64,000 nucleotides of DNA from Candidatus Oxydemutatoraceae bacterium (GTDB lineage: Bacteria > Pseudomonadota > Gammaproteobacteria > Poriferisulfidales > Oxydemutatoraceae), in contig CBDCOZ010000003.1 in assembly GCA_965220085.1 (NCBI GenBank), forward strand, positions 1,696,001-1,760,000, given 5' to 3'. The position numbers and the translations under genes are program-made. Below the pieces are notes generated by a model that was not told the DNA's origin, searched no databases, and saw nothing but the letters and a program-made list of their open reading frames with translations. Positions 32,313-41,829 of the stretch are shown here, piece by piece (position 1 is the stretch's first letter; every line of letters begins with the position of its first letter).

Positions 32313-32339
32313 CTCCGAACGGCTAATACGCCCGCGCCG

Positions 32340-32966
32340 TTAATAGACGACCGGCTCAGGGTCTATGCTGCGCCACAGATACCAGGTCGCAACCGTCCGC
32401 CACGGTTGCCAGCCGCGGGCAATCTCCTCAATCTCATCGCGCGTCGGCAACTCATCGTATCCGTACTGCTTGGCAATCGCCTTAATCAGACCAAGATCGG
32501 TCAACGGCAGCACATCCGGCGATCGCAGATAAAAGATGGCAAACATTTCAAAAGTCCACTTCCCCACCCCCTTGATTGCGGTCAAAGCCGCAAAAGCATC
32601 GGCGGGTTCCATCCTCTGCCAATAACGCGAGCGCGGCGTGATGTTCTCGCGGAGAAAAAACCCCGCGACCTCCTTCACACACGCCGCCTTTTGTTTTGAC
32701 AAGCCGCAGGCGGTCAAGGTCGTCGCGCGTTTTCTGCGCAGGGTCTGCGGAGCCATCGGAACACAGCGCGCGCTGAGTTTGTCCCAGATGGAATCGGCCG
32801 CCTGCACACTGATCTGCTGGCCGACAATCGCGCGACACAGCGTCACGAAGGCATCGCTCTTGCCGCGCAAGTAACTGCCGCGATGCCGTCTGATCAACCG
32901 CGCCATCACCTCATCGCCGGCGGCCAGTTCTCGGCACGCCTGCGACCAATAGCGCGGCTTTTGCAT
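32340..32966 (-). CDS. DNA-3-methyladenine glycosylase II family (AlkA-like, HhH-GPD)
   Basis: IVGQQIS, IKGVGKWT, DVLP.TDLGL, W.PWRTVA.WYLW. Confidence 0.92.
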   Translation of the reverse strand: MQKPRYWSQACRELAAGDEVMARLIRRHRGSYLRGKSDAFVTLCRAIVGQQISVQAADSIWDKLSARCVPMAPQTLRRKRATTLTACGLSKQKAACVKEVAGFFLRENITPRSRYWQRMEPADAFAALTAIKGVGKWTFEMFAIFYLRSPDVLPLTDLGLIKAIAKQYGYDELPTRDEIEEIARGWQPWRTVATWYLWRSIDPEPVVY

Positions 32967-32974
32967 AACCCGCC

Positions 32975-33931
32975 TCAATGATCGCGCTCAATAGCGAGCG
33001 GCAGCAACTCTTCGAGCGCCCGCCGATACCGAGACGGCGGCAACCGCGCGAGCCTTCGCGCGGCAAGCGACATATACGCGCGCGCCTTCTCGCGCACATA
33101 ATCAAACGAACCGGCGGCCTCAAGCAACGCCGCCGCTTCCCGCGCCTTGTCGCTGCCGAGCGCCTCGACAAGAAAGCGCCGCTCTTCGGCGTCGCAATGC
33201 CGCAAAGCATGCACAAAAGGCAAGGTCGGCTTGCCCTCCAGTAAGTCCTGCCCGATGCGCTTGCCGGAGCCCTCGGCGTAATCGAGCAAATCGTCTGTCA
33301 ATTGAAATGCCAGACCGAAGTTGAGACCGAAAGCCGCCATATCATCGCGCAGCGCGGCATCGCCGCCAGCGAGTATCGCCGCGCCGCGACAAGCCGCCTC
33401 AAACAACTTTGCGGTCTTCTTCTCCGCAACCCGCAGACATTCGCTTTCGTCAATCGTGCCGCAACCGATGTTTGACAACTGCCGCACCTCGCCTTCGGCA
33501 ATCACATTGGTCGCATCCGACATGACACCGACCAGTTCAAAATTGCCGATCTCACACAGAATCTGAAACGATCTCGAATACAAGAAGTCGCCGGCCAAGA
33601 CACTCATGTTATTGCCCCATACCGCCTGGGCCGACTCTTTGCCGCGGCGCTTGGCCGCCCCGTCGATCACATCATCGTGCAACAACGTGGCGGTATGGAT
33701 AAACTCAATTGCGGCGGCGAACTTGATATGCGCATCCCCCTTGTACGAACACGCCAACATCGACAGCAACGTCAGGGCGGGACGAAAACGTTTGCCGCCG
33801 TCGGTGACATGATTGCCAATATCCGTGATGACACTCAAGTCCGACTTCAGATACGTCGCAATCGTCGCATCCACCCGCTCCATCTCGCGCCGTACCGAAG
33901 AGAATATATGTGCCATATCAGTCATAATCAT
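32975..33931 (-). CDS. ispB: octaprenyl diphosphate synthase
   Basis: GGKRFRP, LLHDDVID, FQLTDD; divergent from rplU. Confidence 0.93.
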   Translation of the reverse strand: MIMTDMAHIFSSVRREMERVDATIATYLKSDLSVITDIGNHVTDGGKRFRPALTLLSMLACSYKGDAHIKFAAAIEFIHTATLLHDDVIDGAAKRRGKESAQAVWGNNMSVLAGDFLYSRSFQILCEIGNFELVGVMSDATNVIAEGEVRQLSNIGCGTIDESECLRVAEKKTAKLFEAACRGAAILAGGDAALRDDMAAFGLNFGLAFQLTDDLLDYAEGSGKRIGQDLLEGKPTLPFVHALRHCDAEERRFLVEALGSDKAREAAALLEAAGSFDYVREKARAYMSLAARRLARLPPSRYRRALEELLPLAIERDH

Positions 33932-34305
33932 TAAACACGCCGGTTCAGCCGCAACCGGCGCCGTTCATGCCGACCATTTTACCGAATCACCGCCGCCACA
34001 AGCCCGCGACCGCCGAATCATGCCAGAAACATTGCGGATTGTCGGCATCAACACGGTGTGCCGCAATAGCAATACATCGGCTGCGGCATCAACGGTTTCT
34101 ATGAAATAGCCGCTTCCGACTGACAGGCATCCGCGAGTCCTGCGACCAAAACTTGAAGCCTTGCATTATCGGAGAAACCCGGCACAAAAGCCACTATGAA
34201 CGCTTGCCACTCAGGTGTGCGGAGAGTGTGCGGTAGTTGCCGTCGGGCTACGCGCTCGTCAGCGCCCAAAGAGCGTGTCGGTGCAAGCACCGAGGATGGC
34301 TCGCG

Positions 34306-36528
34306 CTATCGCAGCGGGCCTTCCAGAAAGAGACGCAACCGCAAGCGCAAGCTACTGACCGCCAGATTGATAACCATGGTGCGGGTGGCGTTGCCATCGT
34401 TCACGGTGAAGGTGAAACTGGCGAAGTTGGAAGCGGCGGCGGAGTTGCCCGGGGGATAGTAAGTGAGGTCTCCGTTGCGTAACTCGGCGGCGGTCACTTC
34501 GGTGTTGGCGGTCACTGCGGTACTGCCCTTGCGCAATGTGCCCTTGTCGGATGCTATGGGGGTGACTATGGTGATGCTGGTCAGCGTGCCATCGCCCGTG
34601 AGCATGAAGTCGGATGCCTCAAAAGCGTAGGGCATATCTTCGCTGGCGGTACCCGGCACATTCACCGAATTGCCCTCGGCGATGAGGGCGCCGGCGGAGC
34701 AACGCGTCTCGGTGGCGCCAATGCCATCGGCGAAACTGAGGCAAGCGCGGATGTATTGGCCCACATGTTCATTCAGGGGTGTGAAGGCGGCGGCGGTGGC
34801 CCCGTCGATGTTTTCGTATGTGTTGGTAGCCGTAGTGGCGGACTGTTGCCATTGCCACATAAGGCGGCTACGGGTGGGTATGCCGTTGTCATCGGCCACG
34901 GTGCCTGTGCTGGCAGTCAGTTCCACACCCTCGGTGTAGGGGCGGCCCGATGCGGATGGCACAGTCGGCGCGCCGGTTGCCGGTATATTTGTGGCCGACA
35001 CCAGATCAATGGTGATGGTGGAGATGTCGCTATCCCGTGCCGCTGTGAAACGACCGGTGGTGACACTGTAGGTAAAACTGGCATAACCGGCGGCGGCAAC
35101 AGTGGCGGTGTTCGGAGGCGTATACATCACCTCACCGATTTGAGCGCCCGGTCCCGGCACATTGGATCGACCAAAAGAGTGGGGCGGATTAAGGTTCCTG
35201 AGGTCATCAGTCTCGGAAGACAATTCGCCGGTACCGGCGGTGGTCAGACTGAGAATATTGATGCCCATCAAAATGTCGCGATCTTCATCAGTAAAGGGGA
35301 AGTCGCCGGTCTGGAAGGTATAACTGCCGCCCACCGGCACAAAGACGGTGTTGTTCTGTGTCACCGGGGCATCATGGGTATTGGCGATGCGATTGCCGGC
35401 GGTGCAACGCATCTCTTCGGCGGGCGGCGTGAAATGGTCCCTGAAGGATGCGCACACCCGCACATACCTGCCCACATGTGCCTGCAGGGGCGTGAAAGTG
35501 GCGGTACCGGCGCCGGCAATATCGGCGTAGTCGCCGCCGGGGGCAGCGGCCTGCTGCCATTGCCATGCTATGGTGCCGCTGTTTATGCCGTTGGGTTCCA
35601 TGACACCGGCAATGGCGGCGGTGTGGACCACATCCTCGTTCCAGACTATGTCGTTGTTCGTGGGCACCGTCACAGTGGGCGCGCCGGTTGCCGCCTCCTG
35701 CGTCTGTGCCCCCACCAGATCTATGGTGATGGTGAGATCATCCGAGTTTGCAGGCGCGAAATTACGGGTGGAGACGATAAAAGTGATGGTGTCGTAACCC
35801 GTAGCAGGCGTAGCATCAGAGGCGGGTCTGTATGTGATTCTGTTTCTACCACCGACAGCGAAGTCTGAGCCATAGAAAAAAACTGTGTTCAAAGCAGGAG
35901 GAGTGCCATTGGGAAAAGTCAGGGTTCCGGCGGTTGGCAAGGTCTTAATACGGACGCCGATGATGGTGTCTTTATCCTCATCGGTGGCTGGGAAGTCCGC
36001 AATTTCAAAGAGATAACTGCCGCCCAGTGTGACCTCAATGGTGCGGTCCGTCGCAACCGGGGCATCATCCACATTCACTACTGCGCGGCCTATTTGCAGG
36101 CATCGCTCCTCGTCATTTTCGGCATCATCTTTGAAAGATGCGCAGACGCGCAGGAATTTGCCGACATGAGCCTGCAACGGTGTGAAGGTGGCGGCGGTCG
36201 CCGTGGTGTCGGTTATGTCGGTGTAGGTGTCGGTACTGCTGTCGGCGGCGCTCCATTGCCAAGTCGGCGTGAACACGGCGAGGCCATCGGGGTCGTCGTC
36301 TATCGTGCCTTGGGTTGCGGTCAGTGCGTTGTCCTCGTTGGGCCCGACCATCGTCAGGTCGGTGCCGTCCGCCGCCGTGACCGCCGGTTCGCCAGTGGCA
36401 TCGCCTTGAGCGGCCCAGGCTTGAGCGCAGACAACAAACAGCGCCGGCAACATCAGCGCCCAAAGACTCCAGCGGATTCGTGTCGCCCGCTGTTGCGCGA
36501 CGGTCGTATCGGAAATTTGACAGTTCAT
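34306..36528 (-). CDS. LEGPLR-family secreted protein, paralog 6 (740 aa)
   Basis: Signal MNCQISDTT...LPALFVVCAQAWA; three WQW modules alternating with three cadherin-like modules; ends LRLRLRLFLEGPLR. Confidence 0.88.
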   Translation of the reverse strand: MNCQISDTTVAQQRATRIRWSLWALMLPALFVVCAQAWAAQGDATGEPAVTAADGTDLTMVGPNEDNALTATQGTIDDDPDGLAVFTPTWQWSAADSSTDTYTDITDTTATAATFTPLQAHVGKFLRVCASFKDDAENDEERCLQIGRAVVNVDDAPVATDRTIEVTLGGSYLFEIADFPATDEDKDTIIGVRIKTLPTAGTLTFPNGTPPALNTVFFYGSDFAVGGRNRITYRPASDATPATGYDTITFIVSTRNFAPANSDDLTITIDLVGAQTQEAATGAPTVTVPTNNDIVWNEDVVHTAAIAGVMEPNGINSGTIAWQWQQAAAPGGDYADIAGAGTATFTPLQAHVGRYVRVCASFRDHFTPPAEEMRCTAGNRIANTHDAPVTQNNTVFVPVGGSYTFQTGDFPFTDEDRDILMGINILSLTTAGTGELSSETDDLRNLNPPHSFGRSNVPGPGAQIGEVMYTPPNTATVAAAGYASFTYSVTTGRFTAARDSDISTITIDLVSATNIPATGAPTVPSASGRPYTEGVELTASTGTVADDNGIPTRSRLMWQWQQSATTATNTYENIDGATAAAFTPLNEHVGQYIRACLSFADGIGATETRCSAGALIAEGNSVNVPGTASEDMPYAFEASDFMLTGDGTLTSITIVTPIASDKGTLRKGSTAVTANTEVTAAELRNGDLTYYPPGNSAAASNFASFTFTVNDGNATRTMVINLAVSSLRLRLRLFLEGPLR

Positions 36529-36539
36529 ACTCTTGCTTT

Positions 36540-36631
36540 AATCAGGGCGAGCAACATCAGCGACCAAAGACTCCCGCGGATTCGTGTTGCCCGCCATTGC
36601 GCGGAGTCATATCAGAAATTTGACAATTCAT
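36540..36631 (-). pseudogene. frameshifted duplicate of the paralog 6 signal-peptide coding region
   Basis: atgaattgtcaaatttctgat...ctttggtcgctgatgttgctcgccctg aligns with the 5' end of 36528 with a 1-nt deletion near codon 10. Confidence 0.7.
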
Positions 36632-36671
36632 ATCTACGGCTTTCATAACGACATGTTTCATGCATGTACGA

Positions 36672-36705
36672 TTAGTGCCGTACTATACCATAAAACGCGC
36701 GTCAC
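36672..36705 (-). promoter_or_regulatory. extended -10 promoter (TGgTATAGT) of paralog 6
   Basis: gtgacgcgcgttttatggtatagtacggcactaa on the minus strand; homologous to the 19530-19562 segment. Confidence 0.6.
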
Positions 36706-36710
36706 CCGCT

Positions 36711-36981
36711 CATGCCTTTGCATTTTGCCGCATCCCGTGCGCACCCCCTGACGCTCGCCCTCTCCTGCGGCGGCATAGCCTGCCCCGTCCGCAATGCCTT
36801 TGTATCTTGCCGCATATCCCTTGTGCCCCCATAAGCAGCATCCGTATCCGGCTAATGTCTTTGTATCTTGCCGCATCCCTTGTGCCCCCATAAGCAGCAT
36901 CCGTATCCGGCTAATGCCTTTGTATCTTGCCGCATCCCGTGTGCGCCCCCTGACGCTCGCCCTCGCCCTGCGCCGCATAGC
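36711..36981. repeat. four imperfect copies of the LEGPLR-family upstream element
   Basis: atg.ctttg.at.ttgccgcat at about 36712, 36794, 36855 and 36914. Confidence 0.8.
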
Positions 36982-37324
36982 ACACCGCAACGCAAGCCCC
37001 GTCTTGGCAAGGTTTCAAGGCAACGCATCCCGTTCTATGGATAATGAATCGAACCTCCGCAACCCTTGTACCCCCTGACATTCCTTCTCCCCGGTGCCCC
37101 GCCTTGGCACGGTTCAAGACCGCGCATCCCGCGTTATGAATAATGAACCAAGCCTCCGCAACCCTTGCGCCGATAGAGGTTTCAAGGCAACGCATCCCGC
37201 GCATGGCTATGGATGCCGCGCAAACGCCCATGCCACAGCACAGCATTTGCCCCAAGCGCCCGCCATGTCCTGTGCATCCCACAACCGCTTGCCACCGGGT
37301 ATCCTCTGTGGCACAATCCCCCCC

Positions 37325-38473
37325 ATGCACACGCACCCATCGCCTCGCAACTTAGCCGCGGTTGACCTCTTTTGCGGGGTCGGCGGGCTGACCTGCGGCT
37401 TGCGGCAAGCCGGCATAGATGTTCGGGCAGGTTTTGATCTGGATGCATCTTGCGAATTTGCCTTCGCGGCCAACAACGACGGGGCGCGCTTCGTCAGGGC
37501 TGACATTCAAGATATCACGGCGGAGACCATCCGCTCGCACCTTGCGGATGCCGAAGTCAGCGCGATGGTCGGTTGCGCGCCCTGCCAGCCGTTTTCGGCC
37601 CTGCGCAGACGACAGCGGAAGGGCAACAACGCCGATGCCCGCTGGGGCCTGCTGCAAGATTTCGGAAACCTCGTGTGTGATGTGCTCCCGGATGTGGTCA
37701 GCATGGAGAATGTCCCGGACCTTCGCAAGCAACCGGTCTATCAAGACTTCCTCGGGCAACTCAAACAGGCCGGCTACCATATCGGCTTCAGCGATATCGT
37801 CAACTGCGCGGACTACGGCGTGCCCCAGACACGCCGCCGTCTGGTGGCGCTCGCATCGCGCCACGGGGAGATTCGTCTGACCCCGCCCAAGCAGAGCGGG
37901 CGACGCCAAACCGTGCGCGAGGCGCTGTCGCCTCCGATGGCTGCGCAAGACCCCGCCGACATCCATGTCCCCCTGAGCAAGAAGAATCTGGAGCGCATCC
38001 GGCAATCCGGCCCCGGGGGCAGCTGGCGCGATTGGGATCCCGACCTCGTCCTGCCATGTCACGGCGAGCGCGGGCATGCGTACCCCGCCTCGTACGGCCG
38101 GATGCGCTGGGATGCCCCCGCTCCCACGATTACCACGCAGTTCTGCTACTACGGCTGCGGGCGCTTCGGACACCCCGAGGAAGACCGCACCATCACTGTC
38201 CGCGAGGCCGCCCTGTTGCAGACCTTTCCGCCGGACTATGCCTTTCTGGACGCAGGCGAAGACCCGAGCGTCACGGCCATGGCCAGACACATCGGCAATG
38301 CGGTGCCGCCGGCATTGGGCCGCGCCATCGGCGAATCCATCGTCCGCCATGTCCTGGCATCATACAACCGCTTGACCTTCAAGCCGCCAAGCCGTAGAAT
38401 AGGTCGCCTGTCGGGGCTTGCGCGCGATGCGGCGGGCTCGGACAAGCCGGAATATCAAATGAACGGAGTATAA
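37325..38473 (+). CDS. DNA (cytosine-5) methyltransferase, apparently orphan
   Basis: DLFCGVGG, GCAPCQPFS, MENV, PQTRRR, IGNAV; likely start MHTHPSPR. Confidence 0.93.
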   Translation: MHTHPSPRNLAAVDLFCGVGGLTCGLRQAGIDVRAGFDLDASCEFAFAANNDGARFVRADIQDITAETIRSHLADAEVSAMVGCAPCQPFSALRRRQRKGNNADARWGLLQDFGNLVCDVLPDVVSMENVPDLRKQPVYQDFLGQLKQAGYHIGFSDIVNCADYGVPQTRRRLVALASRHGEIRLTPPKQSGRRQTVREALSPPMAAQDPADIHVPLSKKNLERIRQSGPGGSWRDWDPDLVLPCHGERGHAYPASYGRMRWDAPAPTITTQFCYYGCGRFGHPEEDRTITVREAALLQTFPPDYAFLDAGEDPSVTAMARHIGNAVPPALGRAIGESIVRHVLASYNRLTFKPPSRRIGRLSGLARDAAGSDKPEYQMNGV

Positions 38474-38477
38474 AACA

Positions 38478-38786
38478 GTGTACGCAATCATCGCCTCCGG
38501 AGGCAAACAATACCGGGTGACTCCCGGAGATACCATCAGGGTGGAAAAACTTGACGGCGCAGAAGGCGATACCGTCACCTTTGACAAAGTGTTGCTGATC
38601 AATAACGACGGCAAACTCAGCGTCGGCGCTCCTTATCTGGATTCTTCCGCCGTCGAAGGAAAGGTAGTTCGCCAAGAGCGCGATAAAAAGATCGATGTCA
38701 TCAAGTTCATCCGGCGCAAGCGCCACACGCGCAAGGCGGGACACCGCCAGTTATTGACCAAGATTGAAATTACCGGCATATCGTAA
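38478..38786 (+). CDS. rplU: 50S ribosomal protein L21
   Basis: MYAIIASGGKQYRV...GHRQ. Confidence 0.99.
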   Translation: MYAIIASGGKQYRVTPGDTIRVEKLDGAEGDTVTFDKVLLINNDGKLSVGAPYLDSSAVEGKVVRQERDKKIDVIKFIRRKRHTRKAGHRQLLTKIEITGIS

Positions 38787-38798
38787 GGGAGAGATACC

Positions 38799-39056
38799 AT
38801 GGCACATAAGAAAGCCGGCGGCAGCACACGAAACGGACGCGATTCGGAATCCAAACGACTGGGTGTGAAGAAATACGGCGGTGAGGTTGTCAAACCCGGC
38901 AACATCATCATCAGACAGCGCGGCACCCACTTTCATCCGGGCAACAATGTCGGTTGCGGGCGGGATCATACCTTGTTCGCTATCGCCGCCGGGCGTGTCG
39001 TGTTTGAGCAAAAGACCCGCCACAAAAGACGTTACGTAAGCGTCGTCCCCGTATAA
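38799..39056 (+). CDS. rpmA: 50S ribosomal protein L27
   Basis: [16 protein letters not shown]. Confidence 0.99.
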   Translation: MAHKKAGGSTRNGRDSESKRLGVKKYGGEVVKPGNIIIRQRGTHFHPGNNVGCGRDHTLFAIAAGRVVFEQKTRHKRRYVSVVPV

Positions 39057-39119
39057 ATCCGGCCGGGCCGGTAACCATACCCGCTCGCGCTTGGGCGGGT
39101 GTGACATCATGACAAGCAC

Positions 39120-40166
39120 ATGAAATTTGTTGATGAGGCCAAAATAAACATCGCAGCCGGCAGCGGCGGCGCCGGTTGCGTCAGCTTTTTGCGCGCGCGT
39201 TTTATTCCCCGCGGCGGCCCCGACGGCGGCGACGGCGGCGACGGCGGTTCGGTCTGGCTGCAAGGACACGCGTCGATGAATACTTTGGCCGACTTTCGCA
39301 ACCGCCAAACATTCAGAGCCGAGAACGGCGCCCGCGGCGAAGGCAAAAACCGCAACGGACGCAAGGGGAAAGATTTGATCATAGCGGTTCCCGTCGGCAC
39401 CGTCGCATACAACGACGAGACCGGCGAGGTGATCGGCGATATAGATTCCTGCGAGCGCGCGCTTCTGGTCGCCAAAGGCGGACAGCGCGGGGTCGGCAAC
39501 ACCCGCTTCAAATCGGCCGCCAACAAAGCGCCGCGCCGCGCGACTCCCGGAGACGAAGGCGAGCGGCGCGCGCTCAAATTGGAATTGAAACTGCTCGCCG
39601 ATGTCGGCCTGCTCGGCAAACCCAACGCCGGCAAATCCACTCTGCTGGCGGCGGTCAGCGGCGCGCGCCCGAAGATAGCGGACTACCCTTTCACGACCCT
39701 GCATCCGATACTCGGCGTGGCAGAGTCGGACAATTACCGCAGTTTTGTCCTCGCCGATATTCCCGGTTTGATCGAAGGCGCTGCCGGCGGCAGCGGCCTC
39801 GGTATCCGCTTCCTGCGCCATCTGCAGAGAACCAATCTGTTGCTGCACTTGCTGGACCTCAATGATTGTGAAACGGCGCAACACGGCAAAGACGCTTATG
39901 AGGCGGTGGCGAGGGAGTTGGCGCTGTTTGACAAAGACCTGGCCGCCAAGGAGTGCTGGCTCGTATTTACCAAAAGCGATACGCTGGATGCGGCGACGGC
40001 ACAACGGCGCTGCGCCGATATCATCAAAGCGATACAATGGGGGCAACCGTGGTTTCTCATATCGTCGGTCGCGCGCAAGGGGCTGGATGATATGAAGCGG
40101 GCGATTATGGACAAACTGGAAGATGACAAACAAAGAACTCGCCAAAGCGCGACGCTGGATTGTTAA
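39120..40166 (+). CDS. obgE: GTPase ObgE/CgtA
   Basis: MKFVDEA, GGPDGGDGG, GKPNAGKST, YPFTTL. Confidence 0.98.
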   Translation: MKFVDEAKINIAAGSGGAGCVSFLRARFIPRGGPDGGDGGDGGSVWLQGHASMNTLADFRNRQTFRAENGARGEGKNRNGRKGKDLIIAVPVGTVAYNDETGEVIGDIDSCERALLVAKGGQRGVGNTRFKSAANKAPRRATPGDEGERRALKLELKLLADVGLLGKPNAGKSTLLAAVSGARPKIADYPFTTLHPILGVAESDNYRSFVLADIPGLIEGAAGGSGLGIRFLRHLQRTNLLLHLLDLNDCETAQHGKDAYEAVARELALFDKDLAAKECWLVFTKSDTLDAATAQRRCADIIKAIQWGQPWFLISSVARKGLDDMKRAIMDKLEDDKQRTRQSATLDC

Positions 40167-41244
40167 AGTCGGCAGCGCGCTGGTAACCGATGACGGGCGC
40201 AGCCTCAACCGCGACGCTATCCGCTCGTGGGCGGCGCAGATTTCCGAGTTGTTGCGAGACGGCAAGCAGGTCGCATTGGTCACATCCGGCGCTATCGCCG
40301 ATGGCATCAACAAACTCGGTTGGGACAGACGCCCGCAAGATTTGCACCACCTGCAGGCGGCGGCGGCGATCGGGCAGATGGGCTTGATGGAAACCTATAA
40401 CGAAGCCTTTTCCGCCCACGGGATACATACCGCGCAGGTGTTGCTGACCCATGAAGATTTCAAAAACCACCGGCGTTATCTCAACGCGCGCGCGACCCTG
40501 ACGACATTGCTGAAATTGCATGTCGTGCCTGTCATCAATGAAAACGATCCCATAGCGACCGAGGAAATACAGATCGGCGACAACGATACGATGGCGGCGC
40601 ATGTGGCCAACCTGATCGACGCCGATGTGTTGTTGATTCTGACCGACCGGGAAGGGCTGTTTGATCGCGACCCGCGGGCGGGCGCCGACGCCCGACTGAT
40701 AGAGCGGATCGGTCACGATGACCCGATGCTGGATGCTGTCGCCGGCCCCAGCGCGAACGAGTTGGGACGCGGCGGGATGATTACCAAGGTGCAAGCGGCC
40801 AGACGCGCGCGCTTGTCGGGCGCCTCAACGATTATTGCCAAAGGCGACGAGGACAACATCATCGCGCGCATTGCCGCTGGCGAACGGCACGGCACGTACC
40901 TCAAGACCGATGCCGAACCGCAGGCGTTGCGCAAGCGGTGGATTATGAACCTCAAGCCGCAGGGGAGCGTGACCTTGGATGACGGCGCCTGTCGCGCCCT
41001 GCAAAGCGACGGCAGCAGCCTGCTGCCCGTCGGCGTCACCGACCTCAGCGGTCATTTTGAAAAGGGCGATATGGTCGTCTGCCAAAACGCGGCGGGAGAC
41101 CCCATCGCCTATGGCTTGAGTAACTACGCGGATGCCGATGCGCGCCGCATCATCGGGAAAAGCGGCGATGCGGTCAAGGAGTTGATGGGCGAGGCTTACG
41201 AGCCGGAACTGATTCGCCGCGATAACCTCGCGCGCATCATCTAA
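40123..41244 (+). CDS. proB: glutamate 5-kinase
   Basis: VKVGSA, NEND, GDND, GGMITK; PUA domain. Confidence 0.98.
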   Translation: MTNKELAKARRWIVKVGSALVTDDGRSLNRDAIRSWAAQISELLRDGKQVALVTSGAIADGINKLGWDRRPQDLHHLQAAAAIGQMGLMETYNEAFSAHGIHTAQVLLTHEDFKNHRRYLNARATLTTLLKLHVVPVINENDPIATEEIQIGDNDTMAAHVANLIDADVLLILTDREGLFDRDPRAGADARLIERIGHDDPMLDAVAGPSANELGRGGMITKVQAARRARLSGASTIIAKGDEDNIIARIAAGERHGTYLKTDAEPQALRKRWIMNLKPQGSVTLDDGACRALQSDGSSLLPVGVTDLSGHFEKGDMVVCQNAAGDPIAYGLSNYADADARRIIGKSGDAVKELMGEAYEPELIRRDNLARII

Positions 41245-41829
41245 CGCGCCGCCATGCTTGGGCGCCGAAGCGATGCGCGGGGGTATCGTCAGATTTTGCG
41301 AATGAGGCGGTTAAGGCGCGACTTGTGTCTGGCCGCCTTGTTCCTGTGCGGCAGGTTTTTGTTCACGGATGCGCGCCGCATCATCGGGAAAAGCGGCGAT
41401 GCGGTCAAGGAGTTGATGGGCGAGGCTTGCGAGCCGGAACTGATTCGCCGCGATAACCTCGCGCGCATCATCTAACGCGCCGCCATGCTTGGGCGCCGAA
41501 GCGATGCGCGGGGGTATCGTCAGATTTTGCGAATGAGGCGGTTAAGGCGCGACTTGTGTCTGGCCGCCTTGTTCCTGTGCGGCAGGTTTTTGTTCACGGA
41601 TGCGCGCCGCATCATCGGGAAAAGCGGCGATGCGGTCAAGGAGTTGATGGGCGAGGCTTGCGAGCCGGAACTGATTCGCCGCGATAACCTCGCGCGCATC
41701 ATCTAACGCGCCGCCATGCTTGGGCGCCGAAGCGATGCGCGGGGGTATCGTCAGATTTTGCGAATGAGGCGGTTAAGGCGCGACTTGTGTCTGGCCGCCT
41801 TGTTCCTGTGCAGCAGGTTTTTGTTCACG
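41137..41829. repeat. 231-bp triplication of the convergent proB/rpsT junction
   Basis: Copies start at 41137, 41368 and 41599. Confidence 0.96.

Noticed and set aside
41254-41706. Two identical 73-aa ORFs and their antisense 60-aa ORFs
   Set aside because: Chimeric by-products of the 231-bp repeat, with no RBS.
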